DNA from: a virus
Virus record (IMG/VR): IMGVR_UViG_3300020205_002210
Location: 32,001 to 96,000 of that record
Strand: one strand, 5' to 3'
Length of the DNA: 64,000 nt
The notes beneath the pieces are model-generated. The model did not search any database. It had not been told where the DNA came from and saw nothing but the letters and a program-made list of their open reading frames with translations. Positions within the stretch are counted from its first letter, which is position 1. The number at the start of each line of letters is the position of its first letter. Both the position numbers and the translations under genes were made by a program. This document shows, in pieces, positions 19,884 through 29,462 of this stretch.

Positions 19884-20708
19884 ATGTTGATAAGATATAG
19901 AGTAAATAGTGCATGTACAATAGATAACTTTAAGACTGATATTAATAATATCATAGTTGGTAATATTATAACAGTTAACGATCTAAGTGCTGGCGCAGAT
20001 AAAGCAAACAGTATTATGTACGGCACTTACCCAGCGGGTACATATGCAAGAGCAAATAATACAACATTCACATACAGCAAAGATCATAACACTGAAGCTA
20101 AAACACATTATTTTAGATTAAATTTTACTGCAACAGGAATAGATCAATTGACACTTGCGGAAAGTTATACAAGTGGAACAGATACGCTGTTGAATTCTGC
20201 TACTTTTTCCACATCAATATTATTTAATAATCCATATACTACTATTAATCCAGTTGGTTTTGATATTATTGTTTCTGATAAATTATTTAATATTGTTCCA
20301 TCAGGCCAAATGGAAAAAGTTGGTGTATATGACATTGGTCATAATGCTGTATCTAGAGCATATGCTAATACGATGTTAATGGTAACAGGTGATATGGGTG
20401 ATTATGGCAATCCAAAAGCAGGACTTTATACATATATTCCATACACATATTTCTTTGATACTTTAAGTTATGCGAGCGACATGACGGGACAACCTGCAAA
20501 TGCTGTATCTACTATGAGAAAAACTACCGGCAACTCTGTTGCTGTTATTTTTGAATCGGCGTTTACCACGGGTGTGACTGGTGCACCGTCATTAATGTAT
20601 GGAACTTTCAGAATACCAGCATTCACATTTGAAGGTCAACAAATTTATAGAGATGCTTCAAATAATTATAGACTCACTTTCAACGACATTTCTTTTTTGG
20701 TGGATTAA
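19884..20708 (+). CDS. Hypothetical virion-associated protein
   Basis: 274 aa, Thr/Asn/Tyr-rich, in the fibre block. Confidence 0.65.
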   Translation: MLIRYRVNSACTIDNFKTDINNIIVGNIITVNDLSAGADKANSIMYGTYPAGTYARANNTTFTYSKDHNTEAKTHYFRLNFTATGIDQLTLAESYTSGTDTLLNSATFSTSILFNNPYTTINPVGFDIIVSDKLFNIVPSGQMEKVGVYDIGHNAVSRAYANTMLMVTGDMGDYGNPKAGLYTYIPYTYFFDTLSYASDMTGQPANAVSTMRKTTGNSVAVIFESAFTTGVTGAPSLMYGTFRIPAFTFEGQQIYRDASNNYRLTFNDISFLVD

Positions 20709-20711
20709 AAC

Positions 20712-22148
20712 ATGATAGTTACATTTAAAACAACTCCAACAGGTGTAGGCACACTTGACACCGGATATGTAAATTTTTTACGATGCGTTACTGCAATTCT
20801 AACAGCAAACGCAGGCACAACATCTTTAACAGTCAATCCATATACCGCAAACAACACTATTAATACCGGATCAAACTGTATTGTTAGTATTGATAGTAAT
20901 CAAGAGGGTGGTGGTTGGTTAACTAGTTCAGTCCATCATGTTCCATCTAGTGCAAACAATGTGGCAGCTTCAATTCAATCAATAGTATCCACTGCTGCAC
21001 TTACTTATAAAGCAGATTTTTATAAGGCATCAGGTAAAGCAAGTCAACCGTACTACAAATTGTGTTTTCACTCATATAATGATTATAATTCAACCGGTGA
21101 CTGGGGATTTACAGAGGCTGCCGGCACAACACTTCGGCAGACAAGATCTCTAATGAACGTCAATCAAGGTGCAAATATGTTAATCACCTACGGTTCTTCA
21201 ACGACAACGAATTGGACCGACACCACTTTTCCTCCGGCCACAGGAGCAATCAGTACTAAGTGGAACGGTACAAGCCAAACAACATCTTACACGATGAATG
21301 GAGACATGTTTAGCGCACAGCAAAACAACGGACCAGGTTTGGTTTATACAGATACCAGTGTTCAATATACGATGGCTGTTGGTGCCGATTATTGTTTGAT
21401 TTGGGAAAGTAAAGTCGGTGATACATATGCCGGCAGTTATTTCGGGACCACTACTATTGGCAATGGCACCACATACTGGAATAATGCTCGTTATGGAAGT
21501 ATGTATTATATGGGAACAAGAGAAACCCAGCCATGGGAAGACACTCGGATTGATAATCCACCATGGGTTGCGTGGAACATAACAACAAATAATTTTGGCG
21601 CCGGCACAATTAATAATCCATGGGCACCAGATGGTGTCTGTGCCTATATGGCTACTATGAATTCAGCGGGTGCCGTTGCGGCACCGGTGCGTAGATATAC
21701 ACAGAACGCTCGGACAACACCATACTTCAATGGTTCTAACCATAGTTTGACTTCAACCACCAGCTCTGGTGCGGGTAATGTGGACGGTGCCACCAGAACC
21801 GGTATAGATTGTCCTATTTTTACACTTAAAAACTGGGGCAGCCTAACCGCGGCTCAGGCGCTTACATATGGGTGGAATACTAATACCGACAATTTTACAT
21901 ATTTACCTCAAGTTGATCCTACATCGGGCACTTTAGTTCCTGGTGCATATCCCATAGATATCAAAAGTTCAAATAGCTCACAATGGAATGCAGGAGGAAA
22001 ATGCAAAAGCATTTATAAGAGTCTTGGTATGCCATTTGCAACTATGAAAAGTTATTGGCAAGCTCAAAATCAAAATTTTAAAATTGACGGTGTAAATTAT
22101 TTACCTATCGTTATAGCTGAAGACATGTGGTTGATTAGAGTCGTTTAA
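20712..22148 (+). CDS. Hypothetical virion-associated protein
   Basis: 478 aa, Thr/Gly/Trp-rich, in the fibre block. Confidence 0.65.
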   Translation: MIVTFKTTPTGVGTLDTGYVNFLRCVTAILTANAGTTSLTVNPYTANNTINTGSNCIVSIDSNQEGGGWLTSSVHHVPSSANNVAASIQSIVSTAALTYKADFYKASGKASQPYYKLCFHSYNDYNSTGDWGFTEAAGTTLRQTRSLMNVNQGANMLITYGSSTTTNWTDTTFPPATGAISTKWNGTSQTTSYTMNGDMFSAQQNNGPGLVYTDTSVQYTMAVGADYCLIWESKVGDTYAGSYFGTTTIGNGTTYWNNARYGSMYYMGTRETQPWEDTRIDNPPWVAWNITTNNFGAGTINNPWAPDGVCAYMATMNSAGAVAAPVRRYTQNARTTPYFNGSNHSLTSTTSSGAGNVDGATRTGIDCPIFTLKNWGSLTAAQALTYGWNTNTDNFTYLPQVDPTSGTLVPGAYPIDIKSSNSSQWNAGGKCKSIYKSLGMPFATMKSYWQAQNQNFKIDGVNYLPIVIAEDMWLIRVV

Positions 22149-22160
22149 TAATATCTGAGT

Positions 22161-24482
22161 ATGGCAATTAATTTAGAATACTTAGTAATTGCAGGTGGCG
22201 GTGGTGGCGGCGCAACTAACTCCAATAACGGCGGTGGTGGTGGCGGCGCAGGCGGACTATTAACTGGTAATACTGCGCCGGTTTCAGGCGTTTCATATAC
22301 CGTAACAGTTGGTGGAGGAGGCACCGGTGCCACTCAAAGCGTAGTTGGTGTGTCTGGTGCAAATTCATCTATAAGCGGCACATCAGTTAGCATAACTTCA
22401 ATTGGTGGCGGCAGAGGCGGCACCATAAGCACCGCCGGCACCGCTGCAGGAGCAAATGGTGGTTCTGGCGGCGGCGCAGACGGTGAAGGCGGCGCCAATG
22501 TTGGTTTAGGAACTGCGGGACAAGGTAATAACGGCGGCCAAGGCGGACTCGGCACAGGCGGAAATCAAGGTGCAGGCGGTGGCGGTGGCGCCGGTGCAGT
22601 AGGTGCCAATCGATCTTCTGGATCTCCTGGAGCAGGCGGTGGCGGTGTTTCTAGTAGTATAAGCGGTACTGCGGTAGCATATGCTGGCGGTGGCGGTGGT
22701 GGCGTAAGTAATTCAGGTGCAACAACCGGTGCGGCTGGTGGTTCGGGTGGCGGCGGCAAAGGTGGCAATGTTAACGATATCGCATCAGTAGTATCAGGAA
22801 CTACTAACACAGGCGGCGGTGGCGGTGGCGCAGGACATAACTATCCTACAAATACTAACTACGGTGGCGCAGGTGGTAGTGGAGTTGTTATAGTTAGATA
22901 TCTAACTTCCACTGCAACAGGTACAGGTGGAACAATAACCACATCTGGATCATACACAGTACACACCTTTACATCTAGTGGAATACTCACAATAACCGAA
23001 ACACCAGCTACAGCAAACGTTGAGTATTTGGTAGTTGCAGGCGGTGGCGGTAACTATGGCGCCGGCGGCGGCGGTGCTGGTGGTCTATTAACTGCCAACA
23101 ATTTCTCGGTAAATTCTGGGGCATCTATTACTGTGACAGTTGGTGCCGGTGGTGCGGCGACAAGTAATGGCATTGCGTCAGCGTTTGGCACAGTATCTAC
23201 TTATGGTGGCGGCGGTGCCGGTTATGGGCCCAGCGGTGGCGGAGGTGCCGGTGGCGGCAATGGTGGTTCAGGTGGAGGATCATCATATTATGGAAATGCC
23301 GGCGGCAAGGGTGTGTATCCAGGATCCAGTTATGTAAGCGCGACCAGACAAGGATATGACGGCGGTATTGGATATAATGCTGGTGGCAGTACATATAACG
23401 GCGGCGGTGGTGGTGGCGCAGGCGCAGCTGGTAGTAATGGTGCTGTCGGCGGCAGTGTTGGTGGCAATGGAGGTATAGGTGTAGAAAGCTCTATATCCGG
23501 TACAGCCACATACTATGCTGGTGGCGGTGGCGGCGCTGGTGCAACTACTAATGGCACTGGTGGACTTGGCGGCGGTGCTAATGCTAATGGTGGTCCGGCG
23601 CCGAATAATGTAACGCCTGGACTCAGTGGAACAGTTAATACCGGCGGTGGTGCAGGCGGCGCCAATGCTGCTGGCGGCGGTGCAGGTGGATCAGGTATTG
23701 TTATAGTTCGTTATTTAACTAGTGCTGGAACAGGTACAGGTGGAACAATAACCACATCCGGAGCATACACAATACACACCTTTACAAGTAGTGGAACATT
23801 TTCATTAACTGCGGCCGCGGTATCAGCAGCTAATACAACACTTACAGTAACACCAGTTCTTTCAAGCAACACTGCAAATGGACTTTCTATTATTGGTCAA
23901 TCCGTGGTATGTTCTGATGGTACCTGGACAGGTTACACACCAATAGTTTTTACTTATCAATGGAAACGAGAAACAGTTAACATATCAGGTCAAACAAGTA
24001 ATAATTACACACTAACATTAAATGATGCTAATCAAAATTTAATTTGTGCTGTAACGGCTACAAATAATGTTTCAAGTTCCACAGCAAATAGTAATTCATA
24101 TTTCGTTATAGTCAGTGGTGTATCAATTATTAAAAATCAAAAATACATTGTACCGTCACAAAATCTGGAAACATTTGCAACAGCCAATGATACACCTTTG
24201 ACGGAATCACAGTTTCTTTCAATTAATGCTGCATCATCTATAGTAAGAGACTACATTGTACCAACACAAAACTTAGAAACTTTTGCAACAGCCAATGATA
24301 CACCACTACCTGAAGCAAGTTTTGTCACACTTCAAAATTCAGCGAATGTAATCTATAAGACAAACCAATCAATTACTCAAAATCTAGTTGTCTTTACAAC
24401 ACATTCTTATACGGATAACATACCTATCGTAGTGGGTGGTACCACAGTGGTTGGTGCAACAAACCAACAATATTGGCACTAA
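22161..24482 (+). CDS. Tandem double glycine-rich domain, Ig-like domain and C-terminal repeats
   Basis: Two EYLV.AGGG...GGSG.V.VRY units; GTWTG..P..FTYQWKR...CAVTATN Ig-like motif; YIVP.QNLETFATANDTPL twice. Confidence 0.75.
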   Translation: MAINLEYLVIAGGGGGGATNSNNGGGGGGAGGLLTGNTAPVSGVSYTVTVGGGGTGATQSVVGVSGANSSISGTSVSITSIGGGRGGTISTAGTAAGANGGSGGGADGEGGANVGLGTAGQGNNGGQGGLGTGGNQGAGGGGGAGAVGANRSSGSPGAGGGGVSSSISGTAVAYAGGGGGGVSNSGATTGAAGGSGGGGKGGNVNDIASVVSGTTNTGGGGGGAGHNYPTNTNYGGAGGSGVVIVRYLTSTATGTGGTITTSGSYTVHTFTSSGILTITETPATANVEYLVVAGGGGNYGAGGGGAGGLLTANNFSVNSGASITVTVGAGGAATSNGIASAFGTVSTYGGGGAGYGPSGGGGAGGGNGGSGGGSSYYGNAGGKGVYPGSSYVSATRQGYDGGIGYNAGGSTYNGGGGGGAGAAGSNGAVGGSVGGNGGIGVESSISGTATYYAGGGGGAGATTNGTGGLGGGANANGGPAPNNVTPGLSGTVNTGGGAGGANAAGGGAGGSGIVIVRYLTSAGTGTGGTITTSGAYTIHTFTSSGTFSLTAAAVSAANTTLTVTPVLSSNTANGLSIIGQSVVCSDGTWTGYTPIVFTYQWKRETVNISGQTSNNYTLTLNDANQNLICAVTATNNVSSSTANSNSYFVIVSGVSIIKNQKYIVPSQNLETFATANDTPLTESQFLSINAASSIVRDYIVPTQNLETFATANDTPLPEASFVTLQNSANVIYKTNQSITQNLVVFTTHSYTDNIPIVVGGTTVVGATNQQYWH

Positions 24483-24504
24483 TATAGATTGCGTTCCGGA
24501 GAAA

Positions 24505-24512
24505 GATAAATA
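24505..24512 (+). promoter_or_regulatory. T4-type late promoter variant before gp13
   Basis: GATAAATA. Confidence 0.55.
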
Positions 24513-24531
24513 CCCCATATAGGGGGACACA

Positions 24532-25308
24532 ATGGCAGAACCAATCACATCCAGAACAGCTTTCAAAGAGTATTGCCTAAGAAGGCTGGGATTCCCAGTC
24601 ATTGAAATAAATGTTGATGACGATCAAGTAGAAGACAGAATTGATGATGCTTTACAATATTGGCAAGATTATCACTTTGACGGTTTACAAAAAGTCTATT
24701 ACATCAAAAAAATTGATGCAACCGATATTGCAAACAAGTATTTAAATTTAACAGAAGCCAGAGACTCTTCAAATAATGTATTGCAGATTGCTGGTATAAC
24801 CCGCATCTTTCCTATCTCCGATTCGTTATCTTCTGTTAACATGTTCGACTTGAGATACCAACTCAGATTAAATGAACTGTATGACTTCACCTCAGCGTCC
24901 TACATAAACTATACACTGACGCAACAACACTTGCGTTCACTGGAACTTATGTTTGTAGGTGAAGTTCCAATTCGTTTCCAGAGACATATGCAACGACTAT
25001 ATATTGATTGGGCTTGGGGAAAATCACAAGCACCACTTGGTACAACAGTCATAGCAGAATGTTATGCTGCAATTGATCCTGATGTATACAATATGGTATG
25101 GAATGACCGTTGGTTAAAAGAATATGCAACGGCACTTATCAAACGATCTTGGGGAAATAACCTTAAAAAGTTTGAAGGTATACAGTTACCTGGCGGCGTC
25201 AAACTCAATGGTGATAAGATTTACACCGAAGCTAAAGATGAGATTGATGCCTTACATGCAGAAATTGGTGACAAATATGGTGCACCACTAGAAATGTTTA
25301 TTAATTAA
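24532..25308 (+). CDS. gp13: Neck protein
   Basis: YCLRRLGFPVIEINV...QLPGGV.LNG motifs and T4 synteny. Confidence 0.92.
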   Translation: MAEPITSRTAFKEYCLRRLGFPVIEINVDDDQVEDRIDDALQYWQDYHFDGLQKVYYIKKIDATDIANKYLNLTEARDSSNNVLQIAGITRIFPISDSLSSVNMFDLRYQLRLNELYDFTSASYINYTLTQQHLRSLELMFVGEVPIRFQRHMQRLYIDWAWGKSQAPLGTTVIAECYAAIDPDVYNMVWNDRWLKEYATALIKRSWGNNLKKFEGIQLPGGVKLNGDKIYTEAKDEIDALHAEIGDKYGAPLEMFIN

Positions 25309-25309
25309 T

Positions 25310-26191
25310 ATGGCAACCAATGTATACTTTAACAACTACAATTCGTATTCTGAACAACGAGTAGTTGAAGATTTGATCGTAGAATCCATTAAGATAATGG
25401 GTTTTGACGCATACTATCTTCCGATTGAGAATGAGGAAGATAGGGACATTCTTTATGGTGAAGACCCAATTAAGAAATTTAGTTCTGCGTTCCCTATCGA
25501 ATTCTATCTTTCCAATTCATTAGAGTATACAGGCGAAAGAGAATTCTTCTCAAAATTTGGGCTTGAGATTAAAAACAATGTCAACATCATATTGTCTAAG
25601 AGGTCATTCTCTCAAAGAGTACCACAAGATAAATTGTCTCGACCTAGAGAAGGTGATTTAATTTATGTGCCGTTCTTAAATGGTACAGGTGAATTGTTCG
25701 AGATTAAATTTACAAATCAAACCAAAGATTTCTTTATGTTAGGCCGTAAGATTCCATATTTCTATGAATTGGAACTAGAGAAGTTTAAATACTCACAAGA
25801 AGTTATTGATACTGGTGTTGAAGACATTGATGATGTAATGATACAATCAAGTTACACAATAGAATTGAACACAGGCGCAGGCACAGGAACATTTGAAGCA
25901 AGAGAGATTGTATTTCAATCGACTGACGGAACTCAGCCTAACTCAAGTGTTGTTGCTATTGTTCAAGAATGGAACACAGTAAATAATGTACTGAAAGTAA
26001 CAAATGTTGCTGGTGAGTTTATGGACAATGTGGTGATTATTGGTGCAACAAGTAATGCAAGACACTATTTGTCATCATATGATCCACTCAAAGACAGTAC
26101 CAGAAACGAAACTTATGATAACCTTTATTTGTTCAATGAAGCAAATAACATTATAGATTTCACAGAAGATAATCCGTTTGGAAAAATATAA
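25310..26191 (+). CDS. gp14: Neck/head-closure protein
   Basis: EQRVVEDLIVESIKIMG, FSKFGLEI and PREGDLIY motifs. Confidence 0.92.
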   Translation: MATNVYFNNYNSYSEQRVVEDLIVESIKIMGFDAYYLPIENEEDRDILYGEDPIKKFSSAFPIEFYLSNSLEYTGEREFFSKFGLEIKNNVNIILSKRSFSQRVPQDKLSRPREGDLIYVPFLNGTGELFEIKFTNQTKDFFMLGRKIPYFYELELEKFKYSQEVIDTGVEDIDDVMIQSSYTIELNTGAGTGTFEAREIVFQSTDGTQPNSSVVAIVQEWNTVNNVLKVTNVAGEFMDNVVIIGATSNARHYLSSYDPLKDSTRNETYDNLYLFNEANNIIDFTEDNPFGKI

Positions 26192-27207
26192 TGTCATCAT
26201 ATAACCGCGTCATAAGAAAATTGGTTGTTGGATTTGGCAACCTATTTGATAACATCACATTGTATAGATTCGACACAGACAATGAGGAAACTGAAAGATT
26301 TATTGTACCGATTGCATATGCATCCAAAGAACGATATGTTATGCGTTTGGAAGATGATGCAAACTTAGATAAGAAAGTACAGATAACTCTACCAAGAATG
26401 TCTTTTGAAATGGCAGGGTTATCTTATGATTCTTCTAGAAAACAAAATACAAACATAAAGAATTTTACCGGAACAGTGCCTGCTGCAATTATATCACAAT
26501 ATAATCCTGTGCCATACAATTTTGATTTTAATTTGTACATATATGTCAGAAACATTGAAGATGGTACACAGATCATCGAACACATTTTACCATACTTTAC
26601 ACCAGACTACACAGTAAAATTAAATTTGATTCCAGAAATGGGCATAGTTAAAGAAGTTCCTGTTATTCTGAATAGCACATCACACGAAATACTTTATGAA
26701 GGTGCTAGAGAAAATGATACCAGAATGATTGTCTGGACATTAAACTTTACAGTCAAAGGTTTCATATTTGGTAAAATGTCTGAGACTGGTGTTATTAACA
26801 GAGCATTTGTTTCTGTTTACAATCAGGTATCAAGAGATGAAACAATCGAGTTCTATATGAACTTGGACTCTGGTTATGGAACATACAAGGTTGGTGAAAA
26901 GGTATATCAAGGATACACCGCAGAAGATGCATCAGCCACTGGCATCGTTGTTCAATTTACAGAAAACATATTACGACTAAAAGACTTAACAGGAGACTTT
27001 GTGTCAGACAAACCCATATATGGTATAAATACCTCAGCAAACTATAAATTCACTTCTTATAACTTGAACCCACTGAAGTTTGTTGAAGTTGACGCAGTTG
27101 GCAGAGTCACTACAGATATTGATAACTTGTCAGTTGATAAGGAAGAGGCTAAGGCTGACAACACATTGAATACTGTTTTGACAATTAACAAAGCCGCAAA
27201 CCAATAA
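26191..27207 (+). CDS. gp15: Tail terminator/sheath stabiliser
   Basis: ITLPRMSFE, PVPYNFDF and QIIEHILPYFTP motifs. Confidence 0.92.
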   Translation: MSSYNRVIRKLVVGFGNLFDNITLYRFDTDNEETERFIVPIAYASKERYVMRLEDDANLDKKVQITLPRMSFEMAGLSYDSSRKQNTNIKNFTGTVPAAIISQYNPVPYNFDFNLYIYVRNIEDGTQIIEHILPYFTPDYTVKLNLIPEMGIVKEVPVILNSTSHEILYEGARENDTRMIVWTLNFTVKGFIFGKMSETGVINRAFVSVYNQVSRDETIEFYMNLDSGYGTYKVGEKVYQGYTAEDASATGIVVQFTENILRLKDLTGDFVSDKPIYGINTSANYKFTSYNLNPLKFVEVDAVGRVTTDIDNLSVDKEEAKADNTLNTVLTINKAANQ

Positions 27208-27222
27208 ACAAGAGAGAACTAA

Positions 27223-29034
27223 ATGGCTAAACAAATTATTAATATTGGTATTAGAGCAAATGATGGTAAAGGTGATTCATTAAGAACCGCCTTTATAAAA
27301 ACAAACTCTAACATTGGTGAGTTGTTTGCAAATGTCGCTAGTAACGCAAACACATCAAACATTTATTTTGACACCAATTTAACATTAGCACAAGGTGCTT
27401 TTGACAGAGCGAACTCAGTATTCTTGGGTGATATTAATTTCCAAGATAATTTGATGTACAGTAATTCAATTGTTGAAATTGGTAACGATCAACACCAACA
27501 TAAAGCTTGGGGTTTATTGTACGGTCAAATAACAGAACAAGCCAATAACACATATGGCAATGGTGTTGCATACGATTCAGCAAATAATATATTAGTTGCA
27601 ACAACAACACAAAATGAAGTTAATGGATTACCACAATCGACAGTTATTAAATACGATCCATTTGGCAACATATACTGGAGAAAATCAGTACCTACAATGA
27701 ATGTTAATAATGTATTGTTGGCCAGTTACGGTGAAGCGGTAACAGTTGATGCAAACAATAATGTGTATCTGCTAACAAACATACCAGAAAACTTCTCAAC
27801 CTTAGTTACAAAATTCAATTATACTGGACAAAATGTTTACAGCACATTGGTTTCAGATGCAGAAGGTTCGACAGATATTACCGTTGATGATGAAGAGTTT
27901 CCATATTTTGTAGGTCAACACAATCTGTTAACAGGTTTAGATATTACTGGTGAATTATATTTCACAAGTTTTAGCGCACAGTCAATGAATGCTCATGTGG
28001 TAGTAGCACTGCCAAACAATCGTGGTGTGTTGGTTGGTTCTGATGGTGGCAAAATACATAAATTCGATACTGAAGGTGTTTATATTTTTTCAAACAACGT
28101 AAACACCGATGGTAGAAAAATTATTGGTTTAGCGTATGACAATTCAAACAATTTTTATGCAGCATCAAACACAGTAATTTATAAATTTAGAGCCAACAAT
28201 CAATTAATTTGGGAAAGACAAATTACTGGTGTGAGTTCACCAAACATAAATTTTATTAAATACGACAACAACTTCCTATATGTCAATGGCGTAACAACCG
28301 ATCCAAACAACCAGCGCGCATTTATAAATTACAAAATTGATGCAAACGGTTCTTTAATTTGGGCAAATGCACTTGAGGTACCTAGTGCCAATCAAACCAT
28401 CAGACTTGGACATAGACAGTTGGATGTTCGCGGAGACTTTTTAGTTGGAATTGGATATGCAAGACCCAACAACAGCACTAAAGATATAAGTGTAACATAT
28501 CAACTACCAACTAGTGGTGCTTTAGCTGGAACATATTTTGGTGCATCCGGAAGTCGATGGAACGGTTTCACATATGTTACTGTACCAGAAGCAAACACAA
28601 CAATAAGTACCACAGTTGGTACTGGCAATACAACAGTAACGATTGCAGAAAATACTGATTATGCATATACGATGAATCTTGTTAGATATGGCAATCCAAG
28701 TCCAGAAAATGAAGAAGACCTTTATAATTTTAGTCAGAAATGGGACTTCAATGGATTAGGAACAATAGTATTTCCATCTTCGGGTCAGACTACTGGTATG
28801 GACTTGAATGGTAAAACAATTGCAAATGTTGGAGTCATTAATTTTGCTGATGGTACCAGTTCAAATACTTTTGGTAACATTGCAGCAAGTCCTCCAGCAA
28901 CAGCTAGAGGTGTGACAGGAGATAGAAGGGGTAACATAAGAGCGAACAGCACATACTTATATTACTGTTCAAATAATTATGATGGTACAGCTAATGTTTG
29001 GAAGAGAATTGCTTGGAGCAATGACACTTGGTAA
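27223..29034 (+). CDS. Structural protein with gp9/gp10-like N-terminus and propeller-like body
   Basis: MAKQIINIG..ANDGKGDSLRTAF.K.N.N motif; C-terminal YLYYC...VWKRIAW. Confidence 0.65.
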   Translation: MAKQIINIGIRANDGKGDSLRTAFIKTNSNIGELFANVASNANTSNIYFDTNLTLAQGAFDRANSVFLGDINFQDNLMYSNSIVEIGNDQHQHKAWGLLYGQITEQANNTYGNGVAYDSANNILVATTTQNEVNGLPQSTVIKYDPFGNIYWRKSVPTMNVNNVLLASYGEAVTVDANNNVYLLTNIPENFSTLVTKFNYTGQNVYSTLVSDAEGSTDITVDDEEFPYFVGQHNLLTGLDITGELYFTSFSAQSMNAHVVVALPNNRGVLVGSDGGKIHKFDTEGVYIFSNNVNTDGRKIIGLAYDNSNNFYAASNTVIYKFRANNQLIWERQITGVSSPNINFIKYDNNFLYVNGVTTDPNNQRAFINYKIDANGSLIWANALEVPSANQTIRLGHRQLDVRGDFLVGIGYARPNNSTKDISVTYQLPTSGALAGTYFGASGSRWNGFTYVTVPEANTTISTTVGTGNTTVTIAENTDYAYTMNLVRYGNPSPENEEDLYNFSQKWDFNGLGTIVFPSSGQTTGMDLNGKTIANVGVINFADGTSSNTFGNIAASPPATARGVTGDRRGNIRANSTYLYYCSNNYDGTANVWKRIAWSNDTW

Positions 29035-29048
29035 AAATGGAAAATAAA

Positions 29049-29462
29049 ATGAATAATTTTGATAAAAATATGGAAAACATTTTTGATGTGGTGTCTGTAA
29101 AAGAGACTGAAAAATCTTTGGATGTTAAATTAAAAACCACGGATGAACCTGATCTGAAGGCTGATCTTGCAGATGCTTATAGGCAATCTAAAGACAATTT
29201 GCAAGATATGATAGACCAAGGCAAAGAAGCCATGGAAGATATATTACAGATTGCAAGGGCAGGACAACACCCAAGAGCTTTTGAGGTGTATGGTACATTG
29301 TTAAAAAATACAGTTGAAGCCAATGATCGCTTATTGAAAATGCAAAAAGAAATGCGAGACATGGATGGCAAAAGAGGTGACGGCAATACCAAAATAGATA
29401 AAGCTATTTTTGTTGGTTCTACCGCAGAGTTGAATAAACTCTTAAAAGGTAAACAAGAATGA
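29049..29462 (+). CDS. gp16: Terminase small subunit (start uncertain, 29028-29049)
   Basis: HPRAFEV and AIFVGSTAEL.KLLK motifs; overlaps the gp17 start. Confidence 0.9.
   Translation: MNNFDKNMENIFDVVSVKETEKSLDVKLKTTDEPDLKADLADAYRQSKDNLQDMIDQGKEAMEDILQIARAGQHPRAFEVYGTLLKNTVEANDRLLKMQKEMRDMDGKRGDGNTKIDKAIFVGSTAELNKLLKGKQE

Noticed and set aside
1323-23394. Many 60-150-aa alternative-frame and antisense ORFs over the fibre genes
   Set aside because: They are shadows of low-complexity Ala/Asn/Gly repeats, with no SD or independent motif
1312-24482. Diversity-generating retroelement behind the near-identical repeats
   Set aside because: Differences between repeat copies I compared are mostly synonymous and involve all four bases, not adenine-specific; no reverse transcriptase in the window
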